Shown here piece by piece: positions 46,317-55,365 of a DNA stretch of 64,000 nucleotides. The stretch is from Nitrospirota bacterium (lineage in GTDB: Bacteria > Nitrospirota > UBA9217). The notes under the pieces were generated by a model, which saw only the letters and a list, made by a program, of their open reading frames with translations, made no database searches and was not told the DNA's origin. Where the stretch lies: the NCBI GenBank assembly GCA_049793155.1, contig JBARBN010000053.1, positions 285 through 64,284 on the forward strand, written 5' to 3'. A program made the translations under genes and the position numbers. Position 1 is the first letter of the stretch, and each line of letters opens with the position of its first letter.

Positions 46317-46559
46317 ATGGACGTAAAGGACATTAAACCTGATGAAATACTGGACTGCGTGAACTTGGCCTGTCCCATGCCGATCTTCAAGGCATCAGGT
46401 AAGATCAAGGAAATGAAGCAGGGTCAGGTTCTTGAAATTCAGTCCGACGATGAGGGCATTGAAAAGGACATGCCTGCGTGGTGCGAGATGACCGGTAACG
46501 AATACATCGGCCTGATCAAGGAAAACGGCGAATATCGCGTATATGTACGGAAGAAGTAG
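46317..46559 (+). CDS. TusA/SirA-family sulfurtransferase
   Basis: 80 aa with the CPMP motif (LACPMPIFKA). Confidence 0.8.
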   Translation: MDVKDIKPDEILDCVNLACPMPIFKASGKIKEMKQGQVLEIQSDDEGIEKDMPAWCEMTGNEYIGLIKENGEYRVYVRKK

Positions 46560-46945
46560 CTTCCCTACCCGATGACGGCATATAGGCGCGGGCGAATTCG
46601 CTTTTGCCGTCGCGGTGCTTCGGAACACCTTTCTGATCTACTTGCAGGCATACAACTCCTCATGAGAATACTTTCTGGATCAATGATCTTGTCCAACTCG
46701 AGAACATTGAGGAGGGGACGACGATCATTTGCAACGCGCTCGAATCGATTGACCCGCAGCACGAGCAGCCCAAACGCCATATAAGCCTTTTCAAGCGGAG
46801 CTCATCGAGACCGCTTCCCCACCTAAAACAAACCAGCGTCCGGGAAATGTATGAAATTCAGTTGTCCGGGCACTCTCTTCCTGCTTTCCGTTTGACAATG
46901 CCGGGACGATAGTTTATTATCAAAACGCGTACGAAGGGGGCTTTG

Positions 46946-48010
46946 ATGCAGACAATAGCATCGCTAAAAGAAGGCGACTGGGTCGAGGATATCTACCTCG
47001 TTACCTCGAAACAGGTATCGACGGCAAAGAACGGCGTGACCTATCTGTCATTGAAGCTGGCAGACAAGACCGGAGAGATCGATGGCAGGCTTTGGGACAA
47101 TGCCGATGAAGTTTCCGGGAAGTTCGAGCGTGAGGATTTTGTCCGAATCAGGGGTATGGCCTCGGTGTATCAGGGCTCGATGCAGATCAAGATGAAGACC
47201 CTTGAAAAAGTGGATGATGCCAGGGTTGACGTGGCAAACTTTCTTGAAGCGTCGCCGCGCAACATCGATGAAATGGTGATGGAGCTGCGGACCGTTGCGG
47301 CTGCACTTTCCAATGGCTATCTCCGGCAGCTCATGAATACCTTTCTTGACGATCCTTCCTTTATGACCTTGTTCAAAAGAACGCCCGCCGCAAAAACGCT
47401 GCATCATAATTATATCGGCGGGTTGCTTGAGCACATTGTCGAACTTGTTGCGCTTGCCCGCGATGTAGCAAAGCACTTTCCCTCAGTGGACCTTGACCTG
47501 CTGACCGTGGGCGCATTCCTGCACGACGTCGGCAAGGTGAAAGAACTTGCGGTCAGAAAATCCATCGAGTACACGACAGAGGGGCGGCTCATCGGGCACA
47601 TCTCCCTGGGGTATGAGATGATCGTCGAGAAGATAAGCGCCATCCCGTCGTTCCCCGCCGAGTTGACCCTTCTGCTGAAGCATATCATGCTTTCGCATCA
47701 CGGCGAATACGAGTTTGGCTCTCCCAAGAGGCCTAAGATCCAGGAGGCGATCATCATCAACTACCTGGATGACCTCGCGGCTAAGATCAACAACTTCCAG
47801 GCAACGATCAAAAAAGAGAAAGTGGCGGAGGGGGCGTGGTCTAGCTACAGTAAAATGCACGACCGGTATCTTTACCATGCCAGGAGCGTGCTCGCCTCCA
47901 CACCGGCGGAAGGGCCTGAAGACGCTGAAGAAATAATGCTACGCAGGGGCAAGAAGGCGGTTGCGGGCGGCGAAGTGGACGCATGCGGCAAACTGCCGCT
48001 GGATATTTGA
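46946..48010 (+). CDS. OB-fold plus HD-domain phosphohydrolase (YhaM-like 3-prime-5-prime exoribonuclease)
   Basis: N-terminal OB fold (VEDIYLVTSKQVSTAKNGVTYLSLKLADKTGEIDGRLW). HD domain (HHNYIGGLLEH...FLHDVGK...SHHG). Confidence 0.75.
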   Translation: MQTIASLKEGDWVEDIYLVTSKQVSTAKNGVTYLSLKLADKTGEIDGRLWDNADEVSGKFEREDFVRIRGMASVYQGSMQIKMKTLEKVDDARVDVANFLEASPRNIDEMVMELRTVAAALSNGYLRQLMNTFLDDPSFMTLFKRTPAAKTLHHNYIGGLLEHIVELVALARDVAKHFPSVDLDLLTVGAFLHDVGKVKELAVRKSIEYTTEGRLIGHISLGYEMIVEKISAIPSFPAELTLLLKHIMLSHHGEYEFGSPKRPKIQEAIIINYLDDLAAKINNFQATIKKEKVAEGAWSSYSKMHDRYLYHARSVLASTPAEGPEDAEEIMLRRGKKAVAGGEVDACGKLPLDI

Positions 48011-48028
48011 CGGCATTCTTTGAATGCC

Positions 48029-48130
48029 GAATTGAAAGCTGAAGAGTGTAAATTGGAAATTTATAATTAAAGCGCTGTCGCAGGCAGTATGTTCTCCAAT
48101 CTCAAATTTCCAATCTTCAATTTCCAATTC
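48029..48130. repeat. family E palindromic repeat
   Basis: gaattgaaagctgaagagtgtaaattggaaattt / aaatttccaatcttcaatttccaattc. It is preceded by the small hairpin cggcatt-ctttg-aatgccg (48011-48029). Confidence 0.7.
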
Positions 48131-48144
48131 ATTTGAGGTACTCT

Positions 48145-49050
48145 ATGTTCGGCGTTCTCCGCAGTTTGCGCGACGGGCTTGCTAAGACCAGAAAAAACTT
48201 TACGGACAAGGTCGGTTCACTGATCCTGGGCGAGAAGATCGACGAATCGTTCCTCGACGAACTCGAGGAGGCGCTTATCGCTTCGGATGTCGGCGTCGAA
48301 ACCGCGTCGTTCGTCCTCAAGGACCTGAAGGAGCGGTTCAAGCGCAATGAACTGTCCTCTCCCGAACAGGTAAGGGACCGGCTCAGGCAGATACTGTTTG
48401 AGATCCTCTCGGCACGGTCGCCGATATTTTCTCTTACCGCATCTCCATCGGCAGTGCTTGTTGTCGGCGTTAACGGCACGGGCAAAACCACTACTATCGG
48501 CAAACTGGCGAACCGGCTGCAGGCAGAAGGAAAGAAAGTGATGCTTGCCGCGGGAGATACCTTCCGCGCGGCGGCATCGGAGCAGCTGTCGATCTGGGGA
48601 GCGCGCGCGGGAATACCGGTGATCAAACACAAGGAAGGCGCCGACCCCAGCGCAGTGGTATTCGACGCCGTATCGGCGGCTAAGGCCCGTGCAGTGGATG
48701 TGCTCATCGTGGATACCGCCGGCAGGCTGCACACGAAATCGAACCTCATGGAAGAGCTTAAAAAGGTACGCCGGATTCTTTCACGCGAACTCCCGGGCGC
48801 GCCGCATGAAACCTTGCTCGTCCTCGACGGGAACACCGGTCAGAACGCACTGGTGCAGGCAAAGATGTTTCATGAGACGGTGGGCGTCACCGGCATCGTG
48901 CTCACGAAACTCGACGGCACATCAAAGGGCGGCATTGTCTTCGCTATTTATAAGGAGCTTTTGATCCCGGTAAAGTTCGTGGGAATCGGCGAGGCCATTG
49001 AAGACCTCAAAAGCTTTGATCCGAGAGAGTTCGTGGATGCGCTGTTGTAA
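48145..49050 (+). CDS. ftsY: signal recognition particle receptor FtsY
   Basis: GVNGTGKTTTIGKLA, DTAGR, TKLDG. The start is set at the ATG at 48145 (MFGVLRSLRDGL). Confidence 0.93.
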   Translation: MFGVLRSLRDGLAKTRKNFTDKVGSLILGEKIDESFLDELEEALIASDVGVETASFVLKDLKERFKRNELSSPEQVRDRLRQILFEILSARSPIFSLTASPSAVLVVGVNGTGKTTTIGKLANRLQAEGKKVMLAAGDTFRAAASEQLSIWGARAGIPVIKHKEGADPSAVVFDAVSAAKARAVDVLIVDTAGRLHTKSNLMEELKKVRRILSRELPGAPHETLLVLDGNTGQNALVQAKMFHETVGVTGIVLTKLDGTSKGGIVFAIYKELLIPVKFVGIGEAIEDLKSFDPREFVDALL

Positions 49051-49062
49051 AAAAAAATGATA

Positions 49063-49158
49063 TACCACTAAGACACGAAGACACAAAGGACACCTGAAAA
49101 AAGTATTTTATCAGACAAGGATTAAAGCATTTCTTGGTGTCTTCGTGTCTTTGTGGTA
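49063..49158. repeat. family D hairpin repeat (about 27-nt arms) between ftsY and zapA
   Basis: taccactaagacacgaagacacaaagga / tcttggtgtcttcgtgtctttgtggta. Confidence 0.75.
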
Positions 49159-49169
49159 AGGATGGTATT

Positions 49170-49442
49170 ATGGAACGCGTGCAGGTCGAGATATTCGGTC
49201 AGATGTACACCATCAAGGGCAAGGATGATCCCGGTTATATCCGTGAACTGGCTGCCTTCATCGACGCTAAGATGAAGGAAATACAGAAAGGTACGGGCAC
49301 GGTCGATCCGCACCGAGTGGCAATCCTCATGGCTCTTACGATCACCGATGAGCTTTACCGTTTGCGCGAGCGATATGGAATCCTGGAACAAAAATCTGAG
49401 GACATCGCCTGCCGACTGCTCGATATTACCGAAAACATCTGA
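49170..49442 (+). CDS. zapA: cell division protein ZapA
   Basis: MERVQVEIFGQMYTIKGKDDPGYIRELAAFIDAKMKE..., typical ZapA. About 90 aa. Confidence 0.85.
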   Translation: MERVQVEIFGQMYTIKGKDDPGYIRELAAFIDAKMKEIQKGTGTVDPHRVAILMALTITDELYRLRERYGILEQKSEDIACRLLDITENI

Positions 49443-49569
49443 GAAACAGCTGCAAAACATTGTTTGTTCCGATTGCTGCTGTGAAGGAAGGCGGCAATAT
49501 CATTTTGTATCGGCTTGAAATACAATAAAATTACATCGCCCCGATGACCGGGCGGACTCCATTTTCCCC

Positions 49570-49598
49570 TTGCCATTTTTGGCTGGTTCTGGTATATA
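49570..49598 (+). promoter_or_regulatory. sigma70 promoter (TTGCCA-17-TATATA) for the candidate 6S RNA
   Basis: TTGCCA at 49570-49575, a 17-nt spacer, and TATATA at 49593-49598. Confidence 0.5.
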
Positions 49599-49604
49599 GT
49601 ATCA

Positions 49605-49795
49605 GACATAAAAAACGTCCCCTGCTTTGCCCGTGATGATGTAACTTGTTCCTCGTGAACAAAAAATTATGGGAGCTGTCACTGAAAAGGGTGTGCATGC
49701 CCAGATTGGACTGGGAAGCCTAAACTTTTAGACATGGCGCCCACCTGGTTAATCCAGGAATCAAGTTTATCCACACGGCAAAAGCGGGGGATCTA
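49605..49795 (+). ncRNA. ssrS: candidate 6S RNA
   Basis: It lies immediately downstream of zapA, the classical ssrS position. A long irregular closing helix is present. cccctgctttgcccgtg (49619-49635) pairs with cacggcaaaagcggggg (49774-49790), and the helix extends through aacttg-ttcct (49643-49653) pairing with aggaa-t-caagtt (49756-49767). This leaves a roughly 100-nt central region. Total length is about 185-190 nt. The ends are approximate. Confidence 0.5.
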
Positions 49796-50237
49796 AATAT
49801 TGCGGGTCAGGAATAACGGCTTCATAACCACACTAACGTGTAATCAGCGCGTACTCGAAAGGGGCGGGCAGTTAAGGCTCCGGCGCTTGTGATAGTGCTC
49901 AAGAAACAGCGGTTTACTGGGACGTTTTAACGATACGGACTTTCATAAACGGGTGTTCTCAGTCCGCGACCAGATTGTTTTGCCAGCATGGTAACATAAT
50001 GAGACTATGGGGATTTTTATGCATACATATATTCACCGAGAGGAAATACCGGGTACGGAAGTTCCAGAGACATTGCGCGCGAAGGTCGTTCGCCGGATGC
50101 GAATTGCGCAATTTCCTGGAAAATCGGCAGCATTCCGGGTATTCGCTCGAATCCCCGGTCCACTGTTGTCCTGATCTGGATCAATCGGCCCCCTCACTAT
50201 TACAGGTCCCGTGTAAGCCCTCCCGCAGTTAAGAACG

Positions 50238-51584
50238 TTGGGTCTTAAAAATCTTAATAAGCAAACTCAGAAAGATTTGCTGTCCGTCGAGTCGACTCCT
50301 GCGCCTCTGGCGTGGAGAATGCGTCCCCATGCCCTGTCCGAGTTCGTGGGACAGAAGCATATCCTGGGTACGGGCAAGCTTCTGCGCAGGGCCATTGAGA
50401 CCGATCGGTTCATGTCGCTCATTTTATATGGTCCGCCCGGCGTAGGAAAAACCGCGCTGGCGCACCTGATCGCGGAGCAAAGCAGCGCACATTTTGTCCC
50501 GCTCAATGCCGTCACCGCCGGAGTAGCCGACATCCGGAAGGTGACGCACGAGGCGATGCAGGAACGGGCTCAGAGCGACAAAAGGACCATTCTCTTCATC
50601 GATGAGATCCACCGCTTTACCCGGGTACAGCAGGATGCCCTCCTGCCCGATGTGGAGCGGGGGAATATCACGCTGATCGGCGCCTCAACCCAGAATCCCT
50701 TCTTTGCCATTATTCCAGCCCTCTCCTCGCGCTCACAGATCTTTGAGTTCAAACCGCTCGACCATGAAGATCTTAAGACGCTCATCCTTCGCGCGCTTGC
50801 CGATAAAGACCGGGGACTCGGTAATCTGGCCGTGATCCTGACGCCGGATGCACTCGACCTCATTATCGCCAAATCCAACGGCGATGCGCGGCGCGTGCTG
50901 AATGCACTTGAACTCGGTGTTCTCTCGACAGCGCCCGGTCCTGACGGCGCCATCCTCTATGATCTCCATACGGCGGAGGAATCCATTCAGAAGAAGGCGC
51001 TGGTCTACGATGAAGACGAACATTACGACACAATCTCCGCTTTCATTAAAAGCATGCGCGGGAGCGACCCTGACGCGACGCTCTACTGGATGGCAAAGAT
51101 GATCACTGCCGGTGAGGACCCGTTGTTCATCGCGCGCAGGATCGTGATCGCCGCGAGCGAGGACGTCGGGAACGCGGATCCGCGGGCGCTCTTTGTGGCC
51201 GTTTCCGCATACCAGGCAGTGGAGCGCATCGGTATGCCTGAGGGCAAACTGCCGCTCGCACAGGCTGCTGTATACATTGCCTCGGCGCCGAAGAGTAACG
51301 CATCGTACCTCGGCATCAAAGAGGCGATGAAGGACATTGAGGAAGGGCAGCTCATGCCGGTACCGGACCACCTGAAGGACTCCTCATACAAGGGTGCGGG
51401 CCGTCTCGGCAGGGGCAAAGGCTACAGATATCCGCATGATTTTCCGGGCCACTATACTGCCCAGGATTACCTCCCGCAAAAGCGGGAGTATTACCGGCCC
51501 TCGGAGCAAGGCGAAGAAAAAAGGATAAAGGACCGCCTTGCCGGGCTGAAGAAGAGATACCAGGAGGAACACGGACATGATTGA
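50238..51584 (+). CDS. rarA: replication-associated recombination protein RarA/MgsA
   Basis: [21 protein letters not shown], Walker A GPPGVGKT, and a C-terminal MgsA domain. TTG start. Confidence 0.92.
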   Translation: MGLKNLNKQTQKDLLSVESTPAPLAWRMRPHALSEFVGQKHILGTGKLLRRAIETDRFMSLILYGPPGVGKTALAHLIAEQSSAHFVPLNAVTAGVADIRKVTHEAMQERAQSDKRTILFIDEIHRFTRVQQDALLPDVERGNITLIGASTQNPFFAIIPALSSRSQIFEFKPLDHEDLKTLILRALADKDRGLGNLAVILTPDALDLIIAKSNGDARRVLNALELGVLSTAPGPDGAILYDLHTAEESIQKKALVYDEDEHYDTISAFIKSMRGSDPDATLYWMAKMITAGEDPLFIARRIVIAASEDVGNADPRALFVAVSAYQAVERIGMPEGKLPLAQAAVYIASAPKSNASYLGIKEAMKDIEEGQLMPVPDHLKDSSYKGAGRLGRGKGYRYPHDFPGHYTAQDYLPQKREYYRPSEQGEEKRIKDRLAGLKKRYQEEHGHD

Positions 51585-53133
51585 GTATATGGTGGTGTTG
51601 ATTGTCGGTCTTGCCATGGGCTTGGGTGCAGGCCTGCTGATCAAGGGAAAGTCAGCTGCAGGCAAGATAAAGGAAGCAGAAACGGAAGCGGCGAGGATCA
51701 TTGCCAATGCCGAGCGTGAAGCGGAGACCAAGCGTAAGGAGGCGGTGCTTGAGTCCAAGGACAAATTCTATCAGGCGCGGTCTGATTTCGAGAAGGAGAC
51801 CCGGGAAAAGCGCCAGGAGATCCAGAACCAGGAACGGCGGCTCACGCAGAAGGAAGAGAGTCTTGAAAAAAAGACCGACCTTATCGAAAAGCGGGAATCC
51901 GATGCAGTGCGGCGCGAGCGGGAGCTGACAGCGAAGGAAAAGATCGCGCAGGAAAAAGAGGAGCGCTTCGAGAAGGGGATCCACGAGCAGAGGCAGATGC
52001 TCGAAAAGATCGCGAACATGACCGCCGAGGAGGCAAAGCGCCAGCTCATGGTATCTATGGAAGACGAGGCCAAGTATGAGGCGGCCAAGACGATCAAACG
52101 GATCGAGGACGAGGCCAAGGAAGAGGCGGACAAGAAGTCGAAAAACATCATGAGCCTGGCCATCCAGCGGTACGCCAGCGACTATGTAGCCGAGGCCACG
52201 GTCTCCGTTGTCAATCTTCCCAATGATGAAATGAAAGGCAGGATCATCGGGCGCGAGGGCAGGAACATCAGGGCACTCGAGGCAGCGACGGGCATCGACC
52301 TGATCATCGACGATACGCCGGAAGCGGTCATTCTATCGTGTTATGATCCGCTCCGGAGAGAGATCGCGAAGCTTACCATTGAACGCTTGATCCATGACGG
52401 ACGCATCCATCCCGCCCGTATCGAGGAGATCGCCGAGAAGGTCAGGAAAGACCTCGATATCACCATGAAGGAGGAGGGAGAAAAAGCCGCATTCGATCTC
52501 GGCCTGCACAATATTCACCCCGAGATCATCAAACTTCTCGGGAGGCTCAGGTTCCGGACGAGCTATGGACAGAACGTGCTGATGCATTCGCGCGAGGTCG
52601 CCTATTTTGCAGGCATCATGGCTGCCGAGTGCGGTGTGGACCAGAAACTCGCGCGGCGCGCCGGTCTCCTGCATGACCTGGGCAAGGCAGTAGACCATGA
52701 GGTGGAGGGGACCCATCCGCAGATTGGCGGCGACCTGGCCAAGAAGTACGGTGAGAACCCCAAGGTGATCAACGCGATCATGACGCATCACGGAGACGGG
52801 GAGCCGAACTGCGTGGAGTCCGTACTGGTAGCGGCTGCGGACGCGCTTTCCGCGGGAAGGCCGGGTGTGCGGCGCGAGACGCTCGAGAGCTATCTCAAGC
52901 GGCTTGAGCAGCTCGAGACAGCGGCGAATTCCTTTAAAGGGGTCGAGAAATCCTACGCCATTCAGGCGGGCCGGGAGATCCGCATCATCGTCAAACCGGA
53001 AGATCTGTCTGATGCCCACTCTGCCCAGCTTTCGCGGGATATTGCCAAGAAGATAGAGACCGAGATGTCCTATCCCGGCCAGATCAAGGTCACGGTGGTG
53101 CGCGAGAGCAGGTATGTGGAGTACGCGAAATAG
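51577..53133 (+). CDS. rny: ribonuclease Y
   Basis: N-terminal TM helix, coiled-coil, KH domain ([15 protein letters not shown]) and HD domain (LLHDLGKA). It overlaps the rarA stop by 8 nt. Confidence 0.95.
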   Translation: MIEYMVVLIVGLAMGLGAGLLIKGKSAAGKIKEAETEAARIIANAEREAETKRKEAVLESKDKFYQARSDFEKETREKRQEIQNQERRLTQKEESLEKKTDLIEKRESDAVRRERELTAKEKIAQEKEERFEKGIHEQRQMLEKIANMTAEEAKRQLMVSMEDEAKYEAAKTIKRIEDEAKEEADKKSKNIMSLAIQRYASDYVAEATVSVVNLPNDEMKGRIIGREGRNIRALEAATGIDLIIDDTPEAVILSCYDPLRREIAKLTIERLIHDGRIHPARIEEIAEKVRKDLDITMKEEGEKAAFDLGLHNIHPEIIKLLGRLRFRTSYGQNVLMHSREVAYFAGIMAAECGVDQKLARRAGLLHDLGKAVDHEVEGTHPQIGGDLAKKYGENPKVINAIMTHHGDGEPNCVESVLVAAADALSAGRPGVRRETLESYLKRLEQLETAANSFKGVEKSYAIQAGREIRIIVKPEDLSDAHSAQLSRDIAKKIETEMSYPGQIKVTVVRESRYVEYAK

Positions 53134-53231
53134 AAGAAACAGGAGCCAGAAGTCAGAATTCAGGAGTCAGGAGTAAAGGGAGACAATTGAAATCTTTATT
53201 CTGGCTCCTGGCTTCTGTCTCGTGACTTCTG
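53134..53231. repeat. family B repeat between rny and ymdB
   Basis: aggagccagaa (53141-53151) pairs with ttctggctcct (53199-53209), plus cagaagtca/tgacttctg units. Confidence 0.65.
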
Positions 53232-53247
53232 CATCTAAGGGGGCTCA

Positions 53248-54027
53248 TTGAAGGTTCTTTTCATCGGCGACATCATCGGCGAGCCGGGCAGAAAGATGGT
53301 TCGGCAGCAGTTGCGCGGTCTCCGGGACACGCACCATCCCGATCTCGTGATTGCGAATGGAGAGAACTCGGCGGGCGGGTTCGGGATCACGTCCGAGATC
53401 GCCGATGAATTGTTCTTTCTCGGCATCGATGTGCTGACGTCGGGCAATCACGTTTGGGACAAGAAGGAGATCGAACCCTATCTGGCCAGGCAGGACCGGC
53501 TCATCAGACCGGCAAACTATCCCGAAGGAAATCCCGGGTACGGTAGTGTGGTCATCTCCACCGAGAGCGCAGGCAAGGCGGCGGTCCTGAACCTGGAAGG
53601 GAGGGTCTTCATGTCGAACCTGACAGACCCGTTTCGCGTGGCCGAACAGGAGATCGAGAAACTGAAAAAAGAAACGTCGATCGTGATCATCGACTTTCAC
53701 GCCGAGGCCACCTCCGAGAAGATCGCCCTCGCCTGGCACCTGGACGGCAAGGCGAGCGCCGTGATCGGGACCCATACCCATGTGCAGACGGCCGACGAAA
53801 GGGTCCTTCCGGGCGGGACGGCTTTTATTACCGATGCGGGCATGACGGGGCCCACGGATTCGGTCATAGGCGTGAAGAAAGAACAGGCTATCGCCCGTTT
53901 TCTGTATCAAACCCCGCACCGGTTCGAAATACCAAAGGGTCCGGTGCATCTCTGCGCGGTCATCATCGATGTCAACGATAAGACGGGGAAGGCAAACTCC
54001 ATAGAACGAATACACGTTAGATCGTAG
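53248..54027 (+). CDS. ymdB: YmdB-family metallophosphoesterase (2-prime,3-prime-cyclic-nucleotide phosphodiesterase)
   Basis: MKVLFIGDIIGEPGR, GENSAGG, DFHAEATSEK, GTHTHVQTADE. TTG start with an AAGGGGG RBS. rny-ymdB synteny. Confidence 0.9.
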   Translation: MKVLFIGDIIGEPGRKMVRQQLRGLRDTHHPDLVIANGENSAGGFGITSEIADELFFLGIDVLTSGNHVWDKKEIEPYLARQDRLIRPANYPEGNPGYGSVVISTESAGKAAVLNLEGRVFMSNLTDPFRVAEQEIEKLKKETSIVIIDFHAEATSEKIALAWHLDGKASAVIGTHTHVQTADERVLPGGTAFITDAGMTGPTDSVIGVKKEQAIARFLYQTPHRFEIPKGPVHLCAVIIDVNDKTGKANSIERIHVRS

Positions 54028-54053
54028 GGTCAGGGGTCATGGGTCCAGGGTCA
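54027..54053. repeat. family C repeat (gggtcaggggtcatgg units) overlapping the xseA start codon
   Basis: gggtcaggggtcATGggtccagggtca. Related palindromic copy at 60311-60390. Confidence 0.6.
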
Positions 54054-55256
54054 AACAAGTCTCACATTGTAACCGTTTCCCAGCTTACCGCTCAGATAAA
54101 AACCCTCCTCGAGGGTGCGTTTCCTGAGGTCTGGGTGGAAGGTGAACTCTCGAACCTCAGCATCCCCCAGTCAGGTCATGCCTATTTTACTCTCAAGGAC
54201 GAACACGCCCAGATCCGCGCGGTCATGTTCCGCTCCTCCCTTCGATTCCTCAAGTTCACGCTCCAGCACGGGATACAGGTGCTGTGCCGGGGCAGGGTCA
54301 GTGTCTATGACCCGCGCGGTGAGTACCAGCTCATTCTCGACTATATAGAACCAAAAGGCGTTGGCGCACTCCAGCTTGCCTTTGAACAGCTCAAGGCGCG
54401 GCTCGACAAGGAAGGACTCTTCGACCTTGACCGCAAGAAGCCCCTCCCGCTCCTTCCGCGGCGCATCGGTATTATCACGTCACCGACCGGCGCCGCGATC
54501 CGTGACATGTTGCGCGTGATCAAGCGCCGTCATCCGAGGATGCATATCCTTCTCTATCCCGTGCCGGTGCAAGGCATCGATGCCGCCCCCGCCCTTGTTG
54601 AGGCAATACAGTATTTCAACCGGGAGAAGAGCGTCGAGGTGATGATCATGGGCCGCGGCGGCGGGTCACTCGAAGACCTCTGGGCCTTCAATGAGGAACC
54701 GGTGGCGCGCGCAATCGCCGCGTCGAATATCCCGCTCATATCAGCGGTCGGCCACGAGACGGACTATACGATCTCGGATTTTGTTGCTGATCTGCGCGCT
54801 CCGACGCCTTCTGCCGCGGCTGAGATGGTGGTGGAGAGCGAGGAGCGTTTTCGGGAAACCGTTCATTCACTCAAGGTCCGGCTTGTCGGCCGCATGGAAC
54901 AAATGATCGGGACTGCGCGCGCATCTCTTCGCGAGAAGATCCGTCTTCTGGGAGACCCGAGGCGGAGACTTGAACAGGTGGTGCAGCGGGTAGATGAACT
55001 GGTCCGCCGGATGGGTCTGGGACTTCGTCAGCACGTGCGACGGGACCGGGCGCAGCTCACTTCTTTGATCGCGGGTCTCGACCATTTGAATCCGCTCGGC
55101 ATCCTTTCGCGCGGATACAGCATCACAAGAAAAATGCCTGAAGGGATTATCCTCAAAGATGCCGTGGCGGTCATACCGGGCGATATGATCAGGACCAGGC
55201 TCAATGAGGGCGAGGTGTTGTCCCGGGTTGAACAGCGGGATGCTTCTGATAAGTGA
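54039..55256 (+). CDS. xseA: exodeoxyribonuclease VII large subunit
   Basis: VTVSQLTAQIKTLLEGAFPEVWVEGELSNLS (OB fold N-terminus), GRGGGSLEDLWAFNEE. Confidence 0.92.
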   Translation: MGPGSNKSHIVTVSQLTAQIKTLLEGAFPEVWVEGELSNLSIPQSGHAYFTLKDEHAQIRAVMFRSSLRFLKFTLQHGIQVLCRGRVSVYDPRGEYQLILDYIEPKGVGALQLAFEQLKARLDKEGLFDLDRKKPLPLLPRRIGIITSPTGAAIRDMLRVIKRRHPRMHILLYPVPVQGIDAAPALVEAIQYFNREKSVEVMIMGRGGGSLEDLWAFNEEPVARAIAASNIPLISAVGHETDYTISDFVADLRAPTPSAAAEMVVESEERFRETVHSLKVRLVGRMEQMIGTARASLREKIRLLGDPRRRLEQVVQRVDELVRRMGLGLRQHVRRDRAQLTSLIAGLDHLNPLGILSRGYSITRKMPEGIILKDAVAVIPGDMIRTRLNEGEVLSRVEQRDASDK

Positions 55257-55329
55257 CAGCGGCCGAGAGCCCTTGACGGCCGGAGCACCTGTCCGCAATT
55301 GACGGAGCAGGGGATATGCCGTTCTCCTT

Positions 55330-55358
55330 TTGACACCCGGTCTTTCTTGTGGTACAGT
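55330..55358 (+). promoter_or_regulatory. sigma70 promoter (TTGACA-17-TACAGT) placed for a leaderless transcript
   Basis: TTGACA at 55330-55335 and TACAGT at 55353-55358. The ATG of the next gene is at 55366, 8 nt after the -10 element, with no Shine-Dalgarno sequence in between. Confidence 0.45.
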
Positions 55359-55365
55359 ACAAATT

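Noticed and set aside
48129-48836. 235-aa and 171-aa minus-strand ORFs
   Set aside because: They are antisense shadows of ftsY.
49612-49928. A roughly 320-nt RNA closed by the perfect 10-bp complementarity aaaacgtccc / gggacgtttt
   Set aside because: The inner helix (49619-49635 with 49774-49790, plus its extension) gives a more extensive structure of canonical 6S size. A single 10-mer match at this distance could be chance. It is kept only as a note in the findings.
49975-50232. 85-aa ORF upstream of rarA
   Set aside because: Cys/Arg/His-rich, no RBS, and it overlaps a repeat half-copy. It is not protein-like.
53245-54015. 256-aa minus-strand ORF
   Set aside because: It lies antisense to ymdB, which has all the metallophosphoesterase motifs.
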